Shown in pieces: positions 17,887 through 26,831 of a DNA stretch of 64,000 nt. The DNA is taken from the IMG/VR virus record IMGVR_UViG_3300042881_004667; one strand, written 5' to 3'. The notes below the pieces were generated by a model that was given only the letters and a program-made list of their open reading frames with translations, made no database searches and was not told the DNA's origin. The stretch is from an uncultured virus (IMG/VR IMGVR_UViG_3300042881_004667) (lineage: Duplodnaviria; Heunggongvirae; Uroviricota; Caudoviricetes). The translations under genes were made by a program, and so were the position numbers. Position 1 is the first letter of the stretch. Every line of letters begins with the position of its first letter.

Positions 17887-18687
17887 TTAGAACGGAATGA
17901 ATTCAGAAGAAAGCTCAGGAGCTGGGCCGTACTGACCAGGTAAGTCAGGCAACCCTTGACTGAAAGAGTCTTCGGCAGTCTTGCCGCCCCACAGTGTAGC
18001 AACATTATCTGAGGAAGCAACCGTCGTCTGGGACGCTACGGGCTTTGGCTCGTTGACGCCAGGCTTTGGCGCCAAGGTCATCTGCACAAGCTGGATCTTG
18101 GTCAGTGTCCGGCGTTGTTGCGTTTCTTTATCAGTCCACGCATCGGTAACCAGACGGCCACGAATGGTGAGTCCTGTTCCTTTCCGCGTAAAGTTGACCA
18201 TCAACTCAGCGTTATTTAACTTGTCATCCTTACTGTTAATTGCGTAGAAATTGAACAAGTCTCCTTGGTTTCTACCAGTGTTAACAGAGATTGTTTGATT
18301 GGCAATCATCAAACCATCTGGTGTTGTCTTGAAGGCACGGGCATCTTCTTGATCAATGTCTTTGATACAACGACCAGTAAGAATCACATCGTTAAAGATC
18401 GGAAACGAATCATTAACAACTGCAATAACACCGCCGTGCAGTGAGTATGCCTTGGCATCAATGTCGTAACGGATCTTTGAACCGTGTACATACAGACGAG
18501 CACCACGATCAAGGGTCCTGAATTTCTCAGCAGCCTTGCCGTAAACATGAAGGGCAAGAGATGTTGCAGATTTATTTTTTCCTACAGGAGGAAGCATTAC
18601 CTCTGCAACATAGTTGCTTGACGTGGCAGAAGTATAAACTTCGCGAGGTGTGTCGTTGAGTTGAGCGCAAACTGTAACAAAGTTCAT
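17887..18687 (-). CDS. ssb: single-stranded DNA-binding protein with two OB folds
   Basis: MNFVTVCAQL... and NDVILTGR...IRGRLVTDAWTDKETQQRR; C-terminal acidic tip ending EFIPF. Confidence 0.75.
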   Translation of the reverse strand: MNFVTVCAQLNDTPREVYTSATSSNYVAEVMLPPVGKNKSATSLALHVYGKAAEKFRTLDRGARLYVHGSKIRYDIDAKAYSLHGGVIAVVNDSFPIFNDVILTGRCIKDIDQEDARAFKTTPDGLMIANQTISVNTGRNQGDLFNFYAINSKDDKLNNAELMVNFTRKGTGLTIRGRLVTDAWTDKETQQRRTLTKIQLVQMTLAPKPGVNEPKPVASQTTVASSDNVATLWGGKTAEDSFSQGLPDLPGQYGPAPELSSEFIPF

Positions 18688-18706
18688 GTGTTCAAACAGT
18701 AGGTGA

Positions 18707-18734
18707 TAAGTAGTTTAGCGTCATACTTAGGACG
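18707..18734 (-). promoter_or_regulatory. 28-nt leader pseudoknot, copy 3 (ssb leader)
   Basis: RNA CGUC C UAAGUA U GACG CUAAAC UACUUA. Confidence 0.7.
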
Positions 18735-18739
18735 AGCAA

Positions 18740-18919
18740 TCATTCTTCAACAGTTGGAAGTGGATTGCCAAGACTTTCTAACCAACAGATCATGCACCAA
18801 TAACCTTCATAGCCTTTGATTGTGCTTTCAATGTATTGGCTATGTTCCCCATGTTTGGGACAAATAACTTTTAACGTTGATGGCTCAAGCTTAATGAAGT
18901 TTTTTGTTTCCAGTTCCAT
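18740..18919 (-). CDS. small Cys/His protein (59 aa)
   Basis: manual translation ...ICPKHGEH...YWCMICW...; fills the gap between pol and ssb. Confidence 0.55.
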   Translation of the reverse strand: MELETKNFIKLEPSTLKVICPKHGEHSQYIESTIKGYEGYWCMICWLESLGNPLPTVEE

Positions 18920-18921
18920 GG

Positions 18922-20784
18922 TTAGTGTGTTTGGCTCCAGTTGGATCCTACACGAGAATCTCCCTCAATGTCACAGAGGAATCCAAAAAATTGCTGCGCT
19001 TGTGGGAAAGCTGCCAACGCTTGGGCTCTGATCTGCTCTGTGTATTTGGGGCTACAAACCAGTTGTACTTCGTCATGAACCATCAAGACTTGTTCCCACT
19101 CTGCCCCATGGGGCAGACTGAGGGCAGACTCAATGTTGTCATGAATGTTAATAACAACTTGCTTCATAAGGATTGCGCCTGCTGATTGTAATAAAACATT
19201 TAATCCTTTAAATGCCGAGCGACAATAAAGAATACGGCGATCTAATCCAACAAGATGATCGTTGTGTGCAATCTGAGATTCGATACGTTCCTTAAGTTCT
19301 TTCAAGGCTGGCACCTCAGCCATGAATGAATTAATTGCAGTTCTTCCTAGTTTACGCAGAACTTCTTCATCTTTTTCATTCGGATCCACGATGCTACCAG
19401 CCTTAAGGTGACCAGCACCATACAACACGGCATACAGTAAACGCTTGCTGATGTCCCTGGTAGCCACACCAAAACGTTCTTGGTTGTACACGTGAATGTC
19501 AATTGTTGGATCAGTGACCACACGTGCGTACTCACCACCGTCATAAATGGCAAGGTAACCAGCAAGACACCGCAGCTCCAATGCCTTGGCATCAATACCG
19601 ATCATGTCCCATCCTTGTGGCGCATGAAATAACGACCGACATTCTTTGCCGTATGGCGAATAGCCTGCTGGCACCTGACCCATATTTGGGTATCGGTGAG
19701 CACAGCGACCAGTGACGCAGCCGTTAGTAACAACGTCACCGTGCATACGACTGCTGTCATTATTAACCAGCTTGAGCCAAGCGTTGTTGCCATCTGCAAT
19801 TTGACCAAGGCGTTTCTTGATGAGCATGTATTCTGCCAGAGGCTTGGCTTCTGGATAAGGCAATGCCTCTAACACTTCATCATTAAGGATTGGATTTCCT
19901 TTTTCAGTTGTCTTTTCCGGTTGCCATCCGTACTTAGCCTTGAGTCGATCAGCAATTTGATCACGAGATCCAGGATTGAATTCTTCGTAATGGATTTTTT
20001 CAAACGGTACTCCTTTGACATAGCCACGAGTTTTATTGTTGACCTTAGGAGTAAACCAATTACGATGCTCAAGTGGTGGAAAGATTTCTTTTAGTTCTGT
20101 TTCAAGCTGTGCTTCTCTTGCTCTGAGATTATCCACAAGATCAATAGCTGCATCCACATCAAAAGAAACACCTGCTCTAATTTGCTTATTAATGGCAAGA
20201 GCAAAGTCGTGTTCAAGTTTGAGAGCTTGCTCGGGATAACCTTGGTTGGCGATATGTTTCCAAAGCTTCGAAGTAACCAAGACGTCTTGCTTGCAATAGA
20301 CAAGCATTTCCTCTGAGTACTCTGAGAAATCTTTGAACTCAATCTTGTTATCGGAGAGACGGTAACCCCAGGCTTTAAGACCGGCCATCCCGCAGTAGTT
20401 CTTCGGAACTTCCGGATAGAGTTGTACGTCAAGGTCATAGAGTTTTTCTTTGGGCCAGATGAGTCGTGTGCAGATGAGTGTGTCAAGGATGCGTGCTTTG
20501 CAGTTGAATGAATGTAGTTTTTGCAGAACCGGTACGTCGTAGAAAATCACATTGTGACCAATGAGTACATCACCGGTTGCCAGATGAGCAAGAGCATCAT
20601 CAATGCGATCAGGCCCATAAGCAAAAGTTTCTTCTCGGTTGATATCGTAGATAACGATACAAAAAACTTTCGTGACTTTATCGTAAAGGCCATCGGTTTC
20701 AATATCAAAAACTAACCAAGATTCATTTTTGGAACCGGGCTTCATCGGAAACCTGGAGCTCATAACAGGAGAGTGTGGGTTCAT
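18922..20784 (-). CDS. polA: family A DNA polymerase, T7-like (3'-5' exonuclease + polymerase; likely start ATG 20745)
   Basis: FDIETDG, GHNVIFYD, YCKQDV exonuclease motifs; TGR, DAKALELR, KRLLYAVLYG, VHDE polymerase motifs. Confidence 0.95.
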   Translation of the reverse strand: MNPHSPVMSSRFPMKPGSKNESWLVFDIETDGLYDKVTKVFCIVIYDINREETFAYGPDRIDDALAHLATGDVLIGHNVIFYDVPVLQKLHSFNCKARILDTLICTRLIWPKEKLYDLDVQLYPEVPKNYCGMAGLKAWGYRLSDNKIEFKDFSEYSEEMLVYCKQDVLVTSKLWKHIANQGYPEQALKLEHDFALAINKQIRAGVSFDVDAAIDLVDNLRAREAQLETELKEIFPPLEHRNWFTPKVNNKTRGYVKGVPFEKIHYEEFNPGSRDQIADRLKAKYGWQPEKTTEKGNPILNDEVLEALPYPEAKPLAEYMLIKKRLGQIADGNNAWLKLVNNDSSRMHGDVVTNGCVTGRCAHRYPNMGQVPAGYSPYGKECRSLFHAPQGWDMIGIDAKALELRCLAGYLAIYDGGEYARVVTDPTIDIHVYNQERFGVATRDISKRLLYAVLYGAGHLKAGSIVDPNEKDEEVLRKLGRTAINSFMAEVPALKELKERIESQIAHNDHLVGLDRRILYCRSAFKGLNVLLQSAGAILMKQVVINIHDNIESALSLPHGAEWEQVLMVHDEVQLVCSPKYTEQIRAQALAAFPQAQQFFGFLCDIEGDSRVGSNWSQTH

Positions 20785-20956
20785 TGTCCAGGATCCAACT
20801 TAGAACTTGATAAGCACCAGCCCGATAAGGATGGGAGTAAATTCTACTAAGTGAACTAGCAGAATCCAAAGCTAACAGTTCAAACTTGGAGTCGGAACTA
20901 TTGGCATGGATGGCGTGTGGCACACCATCCACCAACGTACTAATGATGTAAGCCAT
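20723..20956 (-). CDS. hypothetical protein
   Basis: 77-aa ORF upstream of pol. Confidence 0.55.
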   Translation of the reverse strand: MAYIISTLVDGVPHAIHANSSDSKFELLALDSASSLSRIYSHPYRAGAYQVLSWILDNEPTLSCYELQVSDEARFQK

Positions 20957-21003
20957 GGAGCAGGATAAGACCAGGCATATAGTACCAGGTCTTACCGTGA
21001 TAA

Positions 21004-21762
21004 CTACCTTTGTGACTTACCGTAACCTACAAACTTACCTTCTTTCTTCCGTTGCGTTAAGGCTTTCATGGCATCAGACCCAGCACGTTGCGAACCGTGA
21101 ACCAAGAGTGCGAACGGCTTGTCACCAAGGCAATGGCTGTCGTCGTGATCAATGCTTAGGCCACGCTCTTGCGCTTCCTCTTCTGTGTAGACCACATAAG
21201 CAATGCGCTGGAACACCTCAGGGTACTTGGGGATCAGGTAGTCGAGTGTCCCACCTTGCGACGCAGTGAGATAGAAGTTAGGTGGGATGATGTCCTTGAG
21301 GTTCAGCCACATGCCAAGTGACTTGGTATACGCGTAGAACTTTTGATGAGGACGACTTGCTGCGACCATGAACCAAGCCCGCATGTACTGCTCAGTCCAA
21401 AAGTCACCTGCTTCATGGACACGAACAAGATCTTTCTCAGGTTGAACCATAAGTGAAAGATCAATCAGGTCACGAATCAACATGGCCTGATCACCACCCA
21501 TATACATAACTTCACGCAGCAGATCCCAGTTGTGCCAACGAGCTTCACGTACTGTTGGCCTGATCTCTGCCATGGCAGCAAAACAACGGTACTCATCTGC
21601 TTCTGTGCCAGTGAACTGAGGTAGGTCCATGATCTTGCCAGTGATCCGATCAGCCATGGTCTTACAAACACCAGCGTGTGGGCATGCATAGCCCGCTGGA
21701 ATGTTGAAGATCAAACGGTTCTTAAGCTTGCCGTTACCTGTGGAGAACTTGAGGAGTTTCAT
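21004..21762 (-). CDS. GP88-like protein
   Basis: NGKL...PAGYACP..GVC...RCFA...VRVHEAGDF...FYAYTKS pattern. Confidence 0.65.
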   Translation of the reverse strand: MKLLKFSTGNGKLKNRLIFNIPAGYACPHAGVCKTMADRITGKIMDLPQFTGTEADEYRCFAAMAEIRPTVREARWHNWDLLREVMYMGGDQAMLIRDLIDLSLMVQPEKDLVRVHEAGDFWTEQYMRAWFMVAASRPHQKFYAYTKSLGMWLNLKDIIPPNFYLTASQGGTLDYLIPKYPEVFQRIAYVVYTEEEAQERGLSIDHDDSHCLGDKPFALLVHGSQRAGSDAMKALTQRKKEGKFVGYGKSQR

Positions 21763-21797
21763 GGTGTTGAGTTGAGTTGAATGATAAAAAAAACTGA

Positions 21798-21825
21798 TGA
21801 GTAGTTTTAGGACGTGCTCAGGTCC
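21798..21825 (-). promoter_or_regulatory. 28-nt leader pseudoknot, copy 4
   Basis: RNA GGAC C UGAGCA C GUCC UAAAAC UACUCA (stem 1 covaries; one mismatch in stem 2). Confidence 0.65.
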
Positions 21826-21841
21826 ATCTTCCCGTTCGGGA

Positions 21842-22138
21842 TTATTGCAGTTGACTACATCCTTTAAATGGTTCTCTTGATACACGGATCACAATCTGAT
21901 CCCCAGTATCAGGAACTTCTGATGGACCCTGGTGCACCAGGATCTCCCATATGTTTCTGTTGATCTTCATGATGGAGTTGCAATAGTTTGTCATCAACGT
22001 TTCTTTATCTTGACCTGGTTTATAAGTCAAGATCTTTTTGTGAATGTCAATAGGTTCGTCATCATTGTCTTTGGCATAGACAGCAACCCAATAACTAGAT
22101 GAACGTGTGTGTTGTTTGGTGGAACTAAATCCTTTCAT
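21842..22138 (-). CDS. hypothetical protein
   Basis: 98-aa ORF. Confidence 0.6.
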   Translation of the reverse strand: MKGFSSTKQHTRSSSYWVAVYAKDNDDEPIDIHKKILTYKPGQDKETLMTNYCNSIMKINRNIWEILVHQGPSEVPDTGDQIVIRVSREPFKGCSQLQ

Positions 22139-22153
22139 AGGTAGTGGGTCTGA

Positions 22154-22372
22154 CTACTGGTCTTCAAGCTCATCAGCGATGGCGAGTAAGTCGTCCGCGT
22201 CGCACTGCCATATGTCGTGGCCAGGATGCCTCTGCGTATGGGTTACAGCAGCACGAAGGGCGGCGGCAGCAATGTCCCTAGAGTCATTTAGGATGTCATC
22301 TGGGCCATAGCAGCAAGCGCCATTGGCGGCATCCAACACAGCTTGGGCAGCAGGTGAAAGTTGTTGAGTCAT
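22154..22372 (-). CDS. hypothetical protein (LSPAAQAVLDAA type)
   Basis: LSPAAQAVLDAA...IAAAALRAA...LLAIADELE small-phage-protein pattern. Confidence 0.65.
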   Translation of the reverse strand: MTQQLSPAAQAVLDAANGACCYGPDDILNDSRDIAAAALRAAVTHTQRHPGHDIWQCDADDLLAIADELEDQ

Positions 22373-22394
22373 TAGTTGATCGGACTAGGAGGGC

Positions 22395-22553
22395 TTAGTT
22401 GCTTGAGTTAAGGCAGATGATCTTGGCAGGGAGGTTGTCGTACAGTTTCCCGCAGGCTTGCCATTTCTGTGGGATCCACCAAATAGGAAGAGCGATTACA
22501 AGCACAGGAACAAGAAAGATCAGTGCAGTAATGGCGCGTTGAGAAGAGTTCAT
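22395..22553 (-). CDS. small membrane protein
   Basis: MNSSQRAITALIFLVPVLVIALPIWW. Confidence 0.5.
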   Translation of the reverse strand: MNSSQRAITALIFLVPVLVIALPIWWIPQKWQACGKLYDNLPAKIICLNSSN

Positions 22554-22588
22554 TGAGGTGGTTAGTGATGTTGGATACGAAGCTTGGC

Positions 22589-23110
22589 TTAGGGATTCCA
22601 ATGATGCTCAAGACGATGAGCTAGCGCAGCTAGGTGCGCTTCATAAGGGGTGTCGTATGTGCCGACGTAAAACATTTTTACGCCATCAATCTCAGTGCGT
22701 CCCCACTGAGCCCTGTACCTACCACCCTTTGGGTTGAAGCAAACATACTTAAAGCCGTGCTTGTTTCGGACTACAGTGTTTACCATATTTGTTGACCTAG
22801 AGACCCACCGCAGATTCTCTGGTCTGTTATCAGATTTGTTGCGGTTTATATGATCGCAAAAATCACTTGGTGATGGTTGGCTTCCCGTGAGCCAAAGCAC
22901 AAGTCTGTGACAGCAAAATGGGATTTTATTGAGGATTACACGGCAATAACCCTTTCCCGATGGAGATCCAGCGGGACGACCAATTTTGGCACGCCCGTGC
23001 CCGTAATTGGATTGCTTCTTCCAAATCAAGCCTGTAGGACTACCTGATTCCACCTGAAGCCACTCTTTAATTAAGTGCATGTTCTGTACTTCCTTCTCAT
23101 AGGGAGTCAT
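22589..23110 (-). CDS. HNH endonuclease with AP2-like C-terminus
   Basis: HRLVL...CDHINRNKSDNRPENLRW...VGTYDTPYEAH. Confidence 0.85.
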   Translation of the reverse strand: MTPYEKEVQNMHLIKEWLQVESGSPTGLIWKKQSNYGHGRAKIGRPAGSPSGKGYCRVILNKIPFCCHRLVLWLTGSQPSPSDFCDHINRNKSDNRPENLRWVSRSTNMVNTVVRNKHGFKYVCFNPKGGRYRAQWGRTEIDGVKMFYVGTYDTPYEAHLAALAHRLEHHWNP

Positions 23111-23429
23111 CGAGTTGCTCCAATGCACGAAGAATTGTGTTGTAGTGCCCCGCAGGAAGTTCGAACAAACCATCTAGCTCATCTAAAACTTCAATCGCTC
23201 CTGCCTTCAAGCTTGGCGGCTTGGGGCGGCGATGCCTGCGAAGGTCATCTGCGCTCCATGGAGGCAGCTTTGGCAGCCACGCACAACACGCCTCCAGCTC
23301 CTGATCAGCGCCCCAGCGGGCGGCTTGGGTGGCAAATTGCCTAATTAAATTATCAGAAGTAGCAGTGCATTTGTTCCACCACTCAGTCACCAGCTCAGGC
23401 GGCGGAGTAATCGGGTGTTCTTGAGTCAT
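23097..23429 (-). CDS. hypothetical protein, MTQEHPITPPPELV paralogue 1
   Basis: shared motif AARWGADQELEACC. Confidence 0.7.
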   Translation of the reverse strand: MTQEHPITPPPELVTEWWNKCTATSDNLIRQFATQAARWGADQELEACCAWLPKLPPWSADDLRRHRRPKPPSLKAGAIEVLDELDGLFELPAGHYNTILRALEQLDDSL

Positions 23430-23454
23430 TGTTGAACCTCGTAGAGTGTAGAAC

Positions 23455-23610
23455 TTAGGTGGACTTAAAGCTATCTTTAAAACATTTCCATCCTTCCTCT
23501 AGTTGTTTGTCTGCCCATCCCCAGACACCGTGTTCCATACCATCGATCTGGGCTGCGTCAATCTCTTGTTTGATTAAGTGACGCAAAAGATCAAGTTGTT
23601 CTTCAGTCAT
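23455..23610 (-). CDS. hypothetical protein
   Basis: ORF from MTEEQLDLL. Confidence 0.5.
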   Translation of the reverse strand: MTEEQLDLLRHLIKQEIDAAQIDGMEHGVWGWADKQLEEGWKCFKDSFKST

Positions 23611-23798
23611 TTTGAAAATTGTTTCAGGAATGTGTACATGTCTTGATCTTCCGTGCATTTAGCAAGGCCGGCAATAACAACGTAGGCTACCCAACCTGGA
23701 AACAACAGGCCAACAAAACCAAGGACAAAAAGGATAAACCTTCCTTTAATGCCCATGCTTTTGTTGAATGCTTTGCAGGTTTCAGAAATAGAAATCAT
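23607..23798 (-). CDS. small membrane protein
   Basis: hydrophobic core; coupled stop/start. Confidence 0.5.
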   Translation of the reverse strand: MISISETCKAFNKSMGIKGRFILFVLGFVGLLFPGWVAYVVIAGLAKCTEDQDMYTFLKQFSK

Positions 23799-23931
23799 GG
23801 TTGTTTTACTAAAGAGATTACATCACAGTGTATCTGTGATGGGTTGATAAGGTGGCATTAAGTTGCCATCTTCATCAATAATCCCAGCGTTCACAAGGAA
23901 TTGCCTAGCTTTTTCTGGCTCACTGTATTCT

Positions 23932-24588
23932 TCAATCAGACGTTGAATCTGTTGAGAACACAGCTTCTCCGATGATAGGGAATTGTTCACAGAAGATTTG
24001 TTTAATTTCTCTGGCGATTTGCTGGTGTTCAAGTTGGGTTCCATTGGAGCAACGAAGATCAAGGTAGTGGATCCACGACCTAATTGTGCCGTTCATGAAA
24101 AGACGTGTCTGTGTTGATAATGGCAGAATGGCACGAGCACATTCCTTTGCAATGCCATTGCTTACCATCTCGCGATACAGATGTTCTGCATCTTCATACA
24201 GTTCACTGATACGTCGATAGTAATTAGCAACAACATCAGCAGATAGATCATCAATACTGTTCTGCCGATTCTTTTGATCTTGCCGACGTAGATGCGGAAT
24301 AAGAGCTGAGCCCAGTTCACTGGTGTCGGCATAACGCTGACTAAATTCCTGGAACGAGAAAGAACGATGACGCAAGATCTGTGGTGAGATTGCACGTGTC
24401 GTTTCAATCTCAACGCACATGTTTGCCATCTCAAACGGCGAGACATGCTTATGCTTTAGCAGATACCTAAGCAACCGTGGAGCTGTATCCATGTTGTCTT
24501 GATTCTTCGGCGCGGATACCCGTGCCATCTTGACAATCATTTCCTCTGCATTGGGCGTTGCCCAAACAAGTTGTACGTTCATGAGCAC
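23932..24588 (-). CDS. thyX: flavin-dependent thymidylate synthase
   Basis: H.SPFE, RHRSFSFQEFSQRY, ECARAILP, LR....TQLEH. Confidence 0.95.
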   Translation of the reverse strand: MLMNVQLVWATPNAEEMIVKMARVSAPKNQDNMDTAPRLLRYLLKHKHVSPFEMANMCVEIETTRAISPQILRHRSFSFQEFSQRYADTSELGSALIPHLRRQDQKNRQNSIDDLSADVVANYYRRISELYEDAEHLYREMVSNGIAKECARAILPLSTQTRLFMNGTIRSWIHYLDLRCSNGTQLEHQQIAREIKQIFCEQFPIIGEAVFSTDSTSD

Positions 24589-24800
24589 TTAAGGAAGTAA
24601 TGCCAACGAGATGTGGGATCAGTGTAACGGATTACTGAACAACCCTCGTACTGATCAAGGACTTCAAACTTAGATTTGTTTTTGAGTTCATCATTGGATT
24701 TATCAGGTAATAAAAAGATTGCAGCTAATAAACTACCAACTGCAAACAAAAGGATTGTTGTGCAGGACCCACGAATAAAATGGATTTGGTTCTCAGTCAT
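24579..24800 (-). CDS. small membrane protein
   Basis: MTENQIHF... with a TM segment; coupled to neighbours. Confidence 0.5.
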   Translation of the reverse strand: MTENQIHFIRGSCTTILLFAVGSLLAAIFLLPDKSNDELKNKSKFEVLDQYEGCSVIRYTDPTSRWHYFLKCS

Positions 24801-25146
24801 TAAGTTGCTCCAGTGCACGACGAAGAGTTGTTTCATCTTCGTCATTAAGACAGTCACCTTCAACAAGACAATCAATGATCTGTTTAACCTCATCTTTTAA
24901 GCTCAACGGCTTGGGGCGCATTGCTTGTCTTAACGCATCTCCTGATGGTGTGATTGTTAAATGTGCACTGAACAAAGCCCAAGTGTCAAGCCATCTTGCG
25001 TCTTGTTCTAGTTGTTGATCAGCGCCCCAGCGTGCGGCTTGGGTGGCGATGTGCTGTGAAATGCCAAACTCGTCATCTTCTGGGCCTTCTTCCAGCCACT
25101 GCATCACCAGTTCAGGCGGTGGGGTGATCGGGTGTTCTTGTGTCAT
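24793..25146 (-). CDS. hypothetical protein, MTQEHPITPPPELV paralogue 2
   Basis: shared motif ATQAARWGADQ. Confidence 0.7.
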   Translation of the reverse strand: MTQEHPITPPPELVMQWLEEGPEDDEFGISQHIATQAARWGADQQLEQDARWLDTWALFSAHLTITPSGDALRQAMRPKPLSLKDEVKQIIDCLVEGDCLNDEDETTLRRALEQLND

Positions 25147-25147
25147 G

Positions 25148-25447
25148 TCATTCACCAGGGACAAGGACTTCTTTGGTTAGGCGTTCTAGCGCCGATACAG
25201 GACAGATGCGTGCAGTGGCATGTTCAGTTGGGCTAGGCAAATGATCCCAACGAACAAGCAAGAACTTTTGGGTAGCACCACGTGAGTTGTTCTTGTAGTT
25301 GATACCAACCACTTCACCATAGCGCTGGCTCCTGTACTGAGAGATTCGTTCTCGTGTTTGTTGATTGTTTGTGTAGATCCCATGGGGCTTGGGACGTTCA
25401 GCAACACGGTCACCAATCTTGTAATCAAACTGTCGCTTGGTTGTCAT
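25148..25447 (-). CDS. hypothetical protein (possible SH3/KOW-like fold)
   Basis: YKIGDRV...GEVVG...LVRWD. Confidence 0.6.
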   Translation of the reverse strand: MTTKRQFDYKIGDRVAERPKPHGIYTNNQQTRERISQYRSQRYGEVVGINYKNNSRGATQKFLLVRWDHLPSPTEHATARICPVSALERLTKEVLVPGE

Positions 25448-25779
25448 TTGATGTTGGCGTAGGTTTTGTAGTTGATGATGCGTGAAATTGTACTGCGGTT
25501 AGCGCCATAACGTATGGCGATCTGACCATTGCTTAATCCTTTTTGATGTAGATGACGAATCATCAAGACATCACTGTCATTCAAAAAGGAATTACCATTG
25601 GCGCTACCCCTAAGAACATATGGTTCCAATGGGATAGGCTTAGCAATTTCATAGCGTTCCACTGTACGGAACTTGTGTCCACAATCAAGGCAACGGCAGT
25701 AACGTTTGGTTACATCAGGCTGTATGTGATCAGTACAGGTGACGCGTGTGTTACTACTGCTGCATGATCTACAAATCAT
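25444..25779 (-). CDS. NrdR-type zinc ribbon plus HTH protein
   Basis: CRSC..TRV...RYCRCLDCGHKFRTVE; C-terminal QIAIRYGANRSTISRI. Confidence 0.7.
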   Translation of the reverse strand: MICRSCSSSNTRVTCTDHIQPDVTKRYCRCLDCGHKFRTVERYEIAKPIPLEPYVLRGSANGNSFLNDSDVLMIRHLHQKGLSNGQIAIRYGANRSTISRIINYKTYANIK

Positions 25780-26072
25780 GATTGTTTTAGATCAAGTGAG
25801 TTAAGTAGTTCAAGGCAGTTAGCTGGCCCCATGATCTTAAATGCATCTGCAATTAATTCATGCCTAAGCTCAGGGAGCTGGTAGTAATTGTACAAAATTT
25901 CTTCTGCACGATCGAAGTCATCATAGGTACCTGTCAACTTTTCAAGTGCAAAGCCAGGCATGTTATCAACTAAGGCTGTAACAATTGCTTGTCTCACTTG
26001 AGTCCATGCTTGCTCTGGTATCAATGCAATGGTTTTGTCGACAAGGTCAAGATCAATGGAATCGTTTGTCAT
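25776..26072 (-). CDS. hypothetical protein
   Basis: ORF from MTNDSIDL. Confidence 0.6.
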   Translation of the reverse strand: MTNDSIDLDLVDKTIALIPEQAWTQVRQAIVTALVDNMPGFALEKLTGTYDDFDRAEEILYNYYQLPELRHELIADAFKIMGPANCLELLNSLDLKQS

Positions 26073-26122
26073 GAAAGAAGGCCCCCGCTTACGCAGGGGC
26101 AGTGCATGAAACACAATTAATC

Positions 26123-26482
26123 TTACATAACTACAGCGGTTGTGTCTACAATTCCATCGCCTCCATCCGTGTTCATGTTCTGTAACATTTGCTCTAGGAT
26201 CTGAGCTTGCGCCTGTGCCTGTGCCATGAAGTGAGCAGCACGTTCTGCTGACATGACATGGCAACGTCCATTGGGTTCAATGAAAAGCCAACTGCCATCA
26301 GGCTGCTGCTTACCCTGGAGAGCTAGGCGTTCTGAGTTGCGTGTGTACTTGAGTTCGACGTTGTGGTAGTCACGCAGGCCTTGGTCGTCAGTCCAGGTAG
26401 CACCAACGTGGTAGCCCCTGTCATCAGCACTGAACGCATGGAACTCAGGGATGAGGCACTTGATCGAACGAATGATGTCCAT
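26123..26482 (-). CDS. hypothetical protein
   Basis: 119-aa ORF right after the tRNA. Confidence 0.65.
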   Translation of the reverse strand: MDIIRSIKCLIPEFHAFSADDRGYHVGATWTDDQGLRDYHNVELKYTRNSERLALQGKQQPDGSWLFIEPNGRCHVMSAERAAHFMAQAQAQAQILEQMLQNMNTDGGDGIVDTTAVVM

Positions 26483-26500
26483 TGGTATAGTGTGTTGAGT

Positions 26501-26576
26501 TGGTAGCCGACCTCGGATTTGAACCGAGACTTGACGGAGCTTAAATCCGTTGCCTCTGCCGTTGGGCTAGTCGGCC
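26501..26576 (-). tRNA. tRNA with anticodon TAA (Leu), short variable loop, encoded CCA
   Basis: GGCCGAC/GTCGGCT-A-CCA acceptor; ACGGA-TTTAAGC-TCCGT anticodon arm; CTCGG-TTCAAAT-CCGAG T arm. Confidence 0.85.
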
Positions 26577-26782
26577 TCACTTGGACTTACACTCACATCG
26601 ATTGATGCATGCTGCCAAGTATGATCATGAGGCAACGGCTCAGTACCGTAGTCCCATGTGTCGTAGTCATCCTCATTACGAGGATCGTCTTCAATCAGAA
26701 TGTACTGTGGTGAATTGTCAGTGATGTATTCACCAATGTTAGCCATGGCCATGGCAAGGAGCTGGTCATCGGTGTAGTCCAT
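26567..26782 (-). CDS. acidic hypothetical protein
   Basis: 71-aa ORF; its 3' end overlaps an RNA element and the tRNA 5' end. Confidence 0.5.
   Translation of the reverse strand: MDYTDDQLLAMAMANIGEYITDNSPQYILIEDDPRNEDDYDTWDYGTEPLPHDHTWQHASIDVSVSPSEAD
26579..26620 (-). promoter_or_regulatory. CAU/UGUAAGU structured element abutting the tRNA 5' end
   Basis: RNA ACUUGG CAG ... UGUAAGU CCAAGU, 2 nt before tRNA G1. Confidence 0.55.
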
Positions 26783-26831
26783 AGGTAAAGAGGCATCCCA
26801 TTTACGAGGATAGGATGCCCCTGCTGTGGCT

